From the NCBI GenBank assembly GCA_028285525.1, contig JANQOZ010000015.1, forward strand, positions 51,590 through 115,589: DNA of 64,000 nt, read 5' to 3'. The position numbers and the translations under genes were made by a program. Positions 63,685-64,000 of the stretch are shown piece by piece. The notes beneath the pieces are model-generated. The model had not been told where the DNA came from and did no database searches. It saw only the letters and a program-made list of their open reading frames with translations. Every line of letters starts with the position of its first letter. Position 1 is the stretch's first letter. The DNA is from Lysobacterales bacterium (GTDB lineage Bacteria > Pseudomonadota > Gammaproteobacteria > Xanthomonadales > SZUA-38).

Positions 63685-64000
63685 TTAATCGATTCGCGGC
63701 GAACGGATCAGCAGCGTAAACCCCGCAGCGAGAATCAGGGTGAGTGCAAACCAGCGAAAGTTGGTGCCGATCGCCAGCCCCATACCCACCAGCATCCCGC
63801 CCACCAGCGGACCCACGATGGCCCCGGTTCGCCCGGCACCGATGGCCCAGCCAACGCCGGTGGTTCGGATCTCTGTGGGGTAGAGCCTTGCAGCGATGGC
63901 ATAGAGCCCGACAAACCCGCCCTGCATAAAAAATCCAATGAGGCCGAACAGCACCAGAATGGTGATCGAACCGGTCGCAAAGCCGAAAGCCCCCATCAGG
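63685..64000 (-). CDS. MFS transporter (C-terminal part; gene continues beyond the right edge)
   Basis: The sequence GGFVGLYAIAARLYPTEIRTTGVGWAIGAGRTGAIVGPLVGG shows a typical MFS TM11-12 region. The frame is open to the window end. Confidence 0.7.
   Translation of the reverse strand, partial: LMGAFGFATGSITILVLFGLIGFFMQGGFVGLYAIAARLYPTEIRTTGVGWAIGAGRTGAIVGPLVGGMLVGMGLAIGTNFRWFALTLILAAGFTLLIRSPRID

Noticed and set aside
1-64000. Looked for tRNA/rRNA genes, integrases, phage or plasmid modules, toxin-antitoxin pairs and known defence-system genes as explanations for the two islets.
   Set aside because: None recognised by eye. The P-loop ATPase at 53687-54175 has a zeta/AAA_33-like Walker A but no partner antitoxin-like gene, and it sits in backbone-composition DNA. 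The only mobility-related gene is the RAYT.

Overview
This is a high-GC chromosomal segment from a Gram-negative bacterium. Hand counts of sampled 60-nt lines give 35/60, 40/60 and 41/60 G+C in the backbone. The gene content points to a marine gammaproteobacterial heterotroph, but that is inference only: two TonB-dependent receptors and many secreted FG-GAP, cadherin-like, PD40 and P-domain proteins. I recognised no rRNA, tRNA, CRISPR array, integrase or phage gene.

Content from left to right:
- A partial NrtR-type Nudix regulator with two tandem palindromic operators, then a hybrid histidine kinase and a seven-bladed FG-GAP protein.
- A lower-GC islet (about 5.3-11.2 kb). It carries a HAD hydrolase, a coupled operon of three orphan secreted proteins, a membrane protein, and a REP-associated tyrosine transposase (RAYT) bracketed by perfect inverted REP repeats.
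- A large propeller/PAS/GGDEF/EAL protein and an MFS transporter.
- A second lower-GC islet (about 17.2-19.9 kb). It starts at a 5'-truncated DsbA/HCCA-isomerase-like remnant and carries a lipoprotein HExxH peptidase, a REP doublet (REPIN), a second HAD hydrolase and a small membrane ORF.
- A translationally coupled PD40-propeller gene and a 1607-aa giant surface protein (cadherin-like Ig, FG-GAP, two PASTA domains, unknown C-terminal domain).
- A TonB-dependent maltodextrin locus (LacI regulator, malQ, alpha-amylase, TonB-dependent receptor (TBDR), two tandem SLC45-like MFS genes) that shares an identical 16-nt operator.
- A run of secreted hydrolases (S41, S10, AphA, alpha/beta hydrolase).
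- A Sel1 protein, a Ser/Thr kinase fused to an FGE-sulfatase-like ectodomain, and a GNAT.
- A P-domain protein divergent from a penicillin-acylase-family gene.
- A Crp regulator, a sterol-desaturase-family protein, a small secreted protein, a P-loop ATPase and an MscK-like channel.
- A TBDR / two-subunit aconitase X / FAD oxidoreductase / MFS cluster that shares TTGT-N4-ACAA palindromes.

Best candidates for something undescribed:
1. The orphan secreted operon next to the REP/RAYT element.
2. The PD40 plus giant PASTA-bearing surface protein pair.
3. A (D/N)GFE motif at the extreme C-terminus of two secreted proteins and just after the signal peptide of a third.
4. The AcnX cluster, which sits in a non-hydroxyproline context.

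All functional calls come from motif recognition by eye. No searches were run.
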